A stretch of DNA of 64,000 nt, taken from NCBI GenBank assembly GCA_963810935.1, contig CAWEPK010000007.1, forward strand, positions 224,001 to 288,000, in the 5' to 3' direction. The stretch's first letter is position 1; each line of letters begins with the position of its first letter. The notes beneath the pieces are model-generated. The model worked only from the letters and a program-made list of their open reading frames with translations, did no database searches and was not told the DNA's origin. This document shows positions 61,003 through 64,000 of this stretch, piece after piece. The translations under genes were made by a program, and so were the position numbers. This stretch comes from an uncultured delta proteobacterium (GTDB taxonomy: Bacteria; Desulfobacterota; Syntrophorhabdia; Syntrophorhabdales; WCHB1-27).

Positions 61003-62157
61003 TCAGCGGCTGGCGGGCAGCAGGAAGCCGGAGAGGGCGGTCAGGAGGCCGAGGGCGAATAGGCCTACCCGGAAGCTCACCAGGTCCCCGCAGAGTCCCA
61101 GAAGATAGGTGATGCCGCCCAGGCCGCAGACGGCGCCGCATGTCGCCACGAAGCCCGTCACCTGGCCCCTCTCTTCCTCGGAATACATGCGCGATATGAA
61201 AACCAGGGAAAGGGGCATGAAGGCCGGGATCACGGCCGCCTGAAGGTACAGGATTCTTTCGATCCAGGCAACGTCCCTCACTGTGAGCAGCATGGTGAGA
61301 ACCCCCGCGACGACCAGGATGGCCAGCGTCGTCTTCCTGATGCTGAAGCGGTCCACCCAAAACCCCGCGGCAATGGCGACCGGTATGGCCGCGATGCGCG
61401 AGAGGCCGAAAGTCATATTCGCTTTCGCCGCCTCCACGTGCCACTCCCTGGTCAGATAGAGGGGCATGATAAAGTAGACGGCGAGATAGGAGCCGCTCGC
61501 CAGGGCCCAGATCGCGCCCAGCAGCCACAGCTTCTTGTCCTTCAGCAGGGAGAATTGGAAGCAGCGTTTTTTCTCCTCCGGCCGGACGTCCCGCACCTTC
61601 CACGCGCACAGCACTGCGGCGATCAGGAAGGGGATGCCGAGCACGGCGAACATCGTGCGCCACGAAACGAAATAGAGGAAGAAGAGGACGACCAGGGGCC
61701 CCGCAAAGACGGCGACGGGCACTGCCGACTCGTGCATGCAGATGGCCTTGCCCCATAGGCCCTGCTCGTAGTAGCTGGTGATGAGGGGGATGGCGTTGGG
61801 CAGGTAGAAACCACACGCCAGGCCGATCACTGCGCATGCGAGATAGAGCGATCCCATGCCTCCGACCAGGGGCATGCACAAAAAAGTCAGTCCGCACGCG
61901 ACGAGGTAAGCGATGATGGACCTCTTCGGACCCAAATAATCGGTTATGAGAGGAGAGAAAAAGAGGGCGCAGGCATAAGACGCGAAGAGAACGGTGACGA
62001 TGCTGCCCGCGCCCGCGTGGCCTATGCCGAATTCGTCCTCGAACAGGGGCAGGACGGGGGCAAAGACGGTCTTCCCGATGAAGTTCAGAAACCAGAGGGA
62101 CCAAAGGAAGAAAAGAAATAAGAAACCCTTGCCTTTAAGGGATGGGAACCGGTTCAT
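61003..62157 (-). CDS. MFS transporter
   Basis: ~12 hydrophobic helices, DYLGPKR and DRFSIRK loop motifs. Confidence 0.88.
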   Translation of the reverse strand: MNRFPSLKGKGFLFLFFLWSLWFLNFIGKTVFAPVLPLFEDEFGIGHAGAGSIVTVLFASYACALFFSPLITDYLGPKRSIIAYLVACGLTFLCMPLVGGMGSLYLACAVIGLACGFYLPNAIPLITSYYEQGLWGKAICMHESAVPVAVFAGPLVVLFFLYFVSWRTMFAVLGIPFLIAAVLCAWKVRDVRPEEKKRCFQFSLLKDKKLWLLGAIWALASGSYLAVYFIMPLYLTREWHVEAAKANMTFGLSRIAAIPVAIAAGFWVDRFSIRKTTLAILVVAGVLTMLLTVRDVAWIERILYLQAAVIPAFMPLSLVFISRMYSEEERGQVTGFVATCGAVCGLGGITYLLGLCGDLVSFRVGLFALGLLTALSGFLLPASR

Positions 62158-62287
62158 GCGATACTGTATACTTGGGCGAGCGGCAAAAACAAGGGGGGCC
62201 GGGATCTTATCATTTCACTTGCATAGCAACATGCGTTTGATAATAATAGAGCTACGCATTGAAAGCGCATCCCGAGGAGGCCGTGAC

Positions 62288-63061
62288 ATGGCGGATAACA
62301 GGCCGGACGTGTTGGTCATCGATTTGAGCGTACCGCTCGCGCAGACGCAGCCGGGCGCGATGTTAAAGGTAGACATCGAGTACATGTCCCATGAAGAGAA
62401 CGCCAGGGCGCACGGCGCCGCCCTCGGCCTGACGCCCGACGACCTGCCGGACGGCAAGTTTGCGGCGGTCGAGAACGTGACGCTGACGACGCACAGCGGA
62501 ACGCACTTCGACGCGCCGTGGCATTTCGGCCCCACATCAGGCGGCAAGCCCAGCCGTACGATCGACGAGATACCCCTCGAATGGTGCTTCGGCGACGGCG
62601 TAGTCCTCGATTTCAGGCACAAGCTGGCGGGCGAAGAGATAGGCGTGGCAGACGTCGAGGCGGCCCTCGCAAAGATCGGCTACAGCCTCAAGCCTTTCGA
62701 CATCGTGCTCTTCATGACGGGGGCGTCGAAACATTACGGCAGGCCCGAGTATGCAGACGTCCATCCGGGGGCGACGCGCGCCTCGACGCTATGGCTCATC
62801 GACCGGGGCATCAGGGTCATGGGCATAGACGCGTGGGGATGGGACAGGCCGTTTGGGGTCATGGTCGAGGAATTGAAGCGGGGAGTCAAAGGCAGGGTAT
62901 GGGAGGCCCACTACGCGGGCAAGGAAAAGGAGTACTGCCATATCGAAAACCTGGCGAACCTGGATATGATACCCAAGCCGTTCGGTTTCAAGGTTGCGGT
63001 CTTCCCGATAAAGATAGAGAGGGCAAGCGCAGGCTGGTGCCGCGCTGTGGCACTTATATAG
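62288..63061 (+). CDS. Cyclase/kynurenine formamidase-like metal hydrolase
   Basis: IDLS, HSGTHFDAPWHF, GID, HIENLANL. Confidence 0.9.
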   Translation: MADNRPDVLVIDLSVPLAQTQPGAMLKVDIEYMSHEENARAHGAALGLTPDDLPDGKFAAVENVTLTTHSGTHFDAPWHFGPTSGGKPSRTIDEIPLEWCFGDGVVLDFRHKLAGEEIGVADVEAALAKIGYSLKPFDIVLFMTGASKHYGRPEYADVHPGATRASTLWLIDRGIRVMGIDAWGWDRPFGVMVEELKRGVKGRVWEAHYAGKEKEYCHIENLANLDMIPKPFGFKVAVFPIKIERASAGWCRAVALI

Positions 63062-63456
63062 GCGGCCGGGATCTTTTCGCGCTATGCACCTGTCCCTCAA
63101 GGCCGCGCGTCCTCACGTACACAATACGTACGCTCCGGGCGGCGGCCTTTCGGTCACGGTGCCTATCATCGAAATCTCTCGGCCCCTTGAAGGGCAAACA
63201 AAACATTGTGGTACTGCTTGTGTTACTTAGCGGCCTAATTGCTCCGCAATCGGCTCCATCCTATAACGGTAGACCTCGGAAATCTCACGGTCGTATCCGG
63301 GGTAGAAGCCCTTGGGCATGCCCAGCACGATGCGGGCGCCCCGGTTGAGGAGCACTCGGAATCGGCGTCGCCGTCGTCGACCGTAACAAACAGCTTGCCT
63401 TTCCGGTAGTGGATGCCCTGAAGCCATTGAGGGAGGCGGCTGAAGGTGGACCTTGA

Positions 63457-64000
63457 TCATACAGTTTCCGACTCTGTCCCTTCCCACCTTTTAAAAAGCG
63501 AATGGGGCACGTCGAACAGGTCGAGTATTTTGCCGACGGTGTGATCTACGATGTCGTCGATCGTTTTCGGATGAGGATAGAATGCGGGGACGGGAGGAAG
63601 GATTATCGCGCCATGGTCGGCCGCCTCCATCATGAGCTTCAGGTGTCCCTTATGGAGCGGCGTCTCCCTGACGACGAGGACGAGCCTCCTCCTTTCCTTG
63701 AGCGATACGTCGGCCGCCCGTATCATAAGGTTTTCGCCGTATGAATGGGCGATGCCGGACAGCGTCTTCACGGTGCATGGTGCTATTACCATTCCATCCG
63801 TCATGAAAGAACCGCTCGCCACGCTGGCGCCCAGGTTGTCGATATCGTGATTGAAGGACGCGAGGCGCTGCACGCTTTCGATCTGATAATCGGTCTCCAC
63901 TCCGATATTCTTCACCGCCTGGTCGGACATGACCAGGTGCGTCTCGACGCCGGAGTTGTGAAGCACTTCCAGGAGCCTGACCCCGTAAATAACGCCCGTC
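63457..64000 (-). CDS. ubiX: UbiX flavin prenyltransferase (5' end outside the window)
   Basis: ASGS, APCTVKTL, RAADVSLKERR, RETP, PPVPAFY, RWEG. Confidence 0.93.
   Translation of the reverse strand, partial: TGVIYGVRLLEVLHNSGVETHLVMSDQAVKNIGVETDYQIESVQRLASFNHDIDNLGASVASGSFMTDGMVIAPCTVKTLSGIAHSYGENLMIRAADVSLKERRRLVLVVRETPLHKGHLKLMMEAADHGAIILPPVPAFYPHPKTIDDIVDHTVGKILDLFDVPHSLFKRWEGTESETV

Noticed and set aside
63227..63460. Small ORF downstream of ubiX
   Set aside because: Protein-like segments are split across frames; it may be a gene fragment but no product can be supported

Overview
GC-rich bacterial window. Gene content (ETF/FixCX, LsrF, TIGR03790, a VPPGILLLAPGL sorting tail) suggests an anaerobic deltaproteobacterium such as Syntrophorhabdaceae; this is inference only. 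From left to right: (1) Fe-S protein, Zn-dehydrogenase, lsrF and an ABM-family gene. (2) An XRE-IrrE/ImmA + PIN pair. (3) A fixABCX-type ETF cassette bracketed by a duplicated 3' end of dnaE2. (4) A lexA/imuB/dnaE2 mutagenesis cassette split by a ~4.3 kb AT-rich island. In that island, same-orientation 80-bp hairpin repeats separate single genes or gene pairs (vapBC, an IS200-interrupted Ntn-hydrolase-like gene, a Cys-rich microprotein, a HEPN-motif protein). (5) A sigma54-preceded three-gene operon with a 1443-aa, ~19-repeat Asn/Gln-rich Fap-amyloid-like protein; all three genes share a leader motif. (6) A TA pair, amtB-glnK and a PAS-LuxR regulator. (7) A rearranged PNAG (pga) locus with two pgaB and two pgaD-like genes, a PEP-CTERM-like adhesin and an MCP. 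(8) An AbiE TA pair and a cryptic phage immunity/replication module. (9) Tandem TPR paralogs, an MFS transporter, a cyclase and ubiX. Many single-base frameshifts look like assembly indels. The best candidates for new biology are the hairpin-delimited cassette array and the giant Fap-like amyloid operon.
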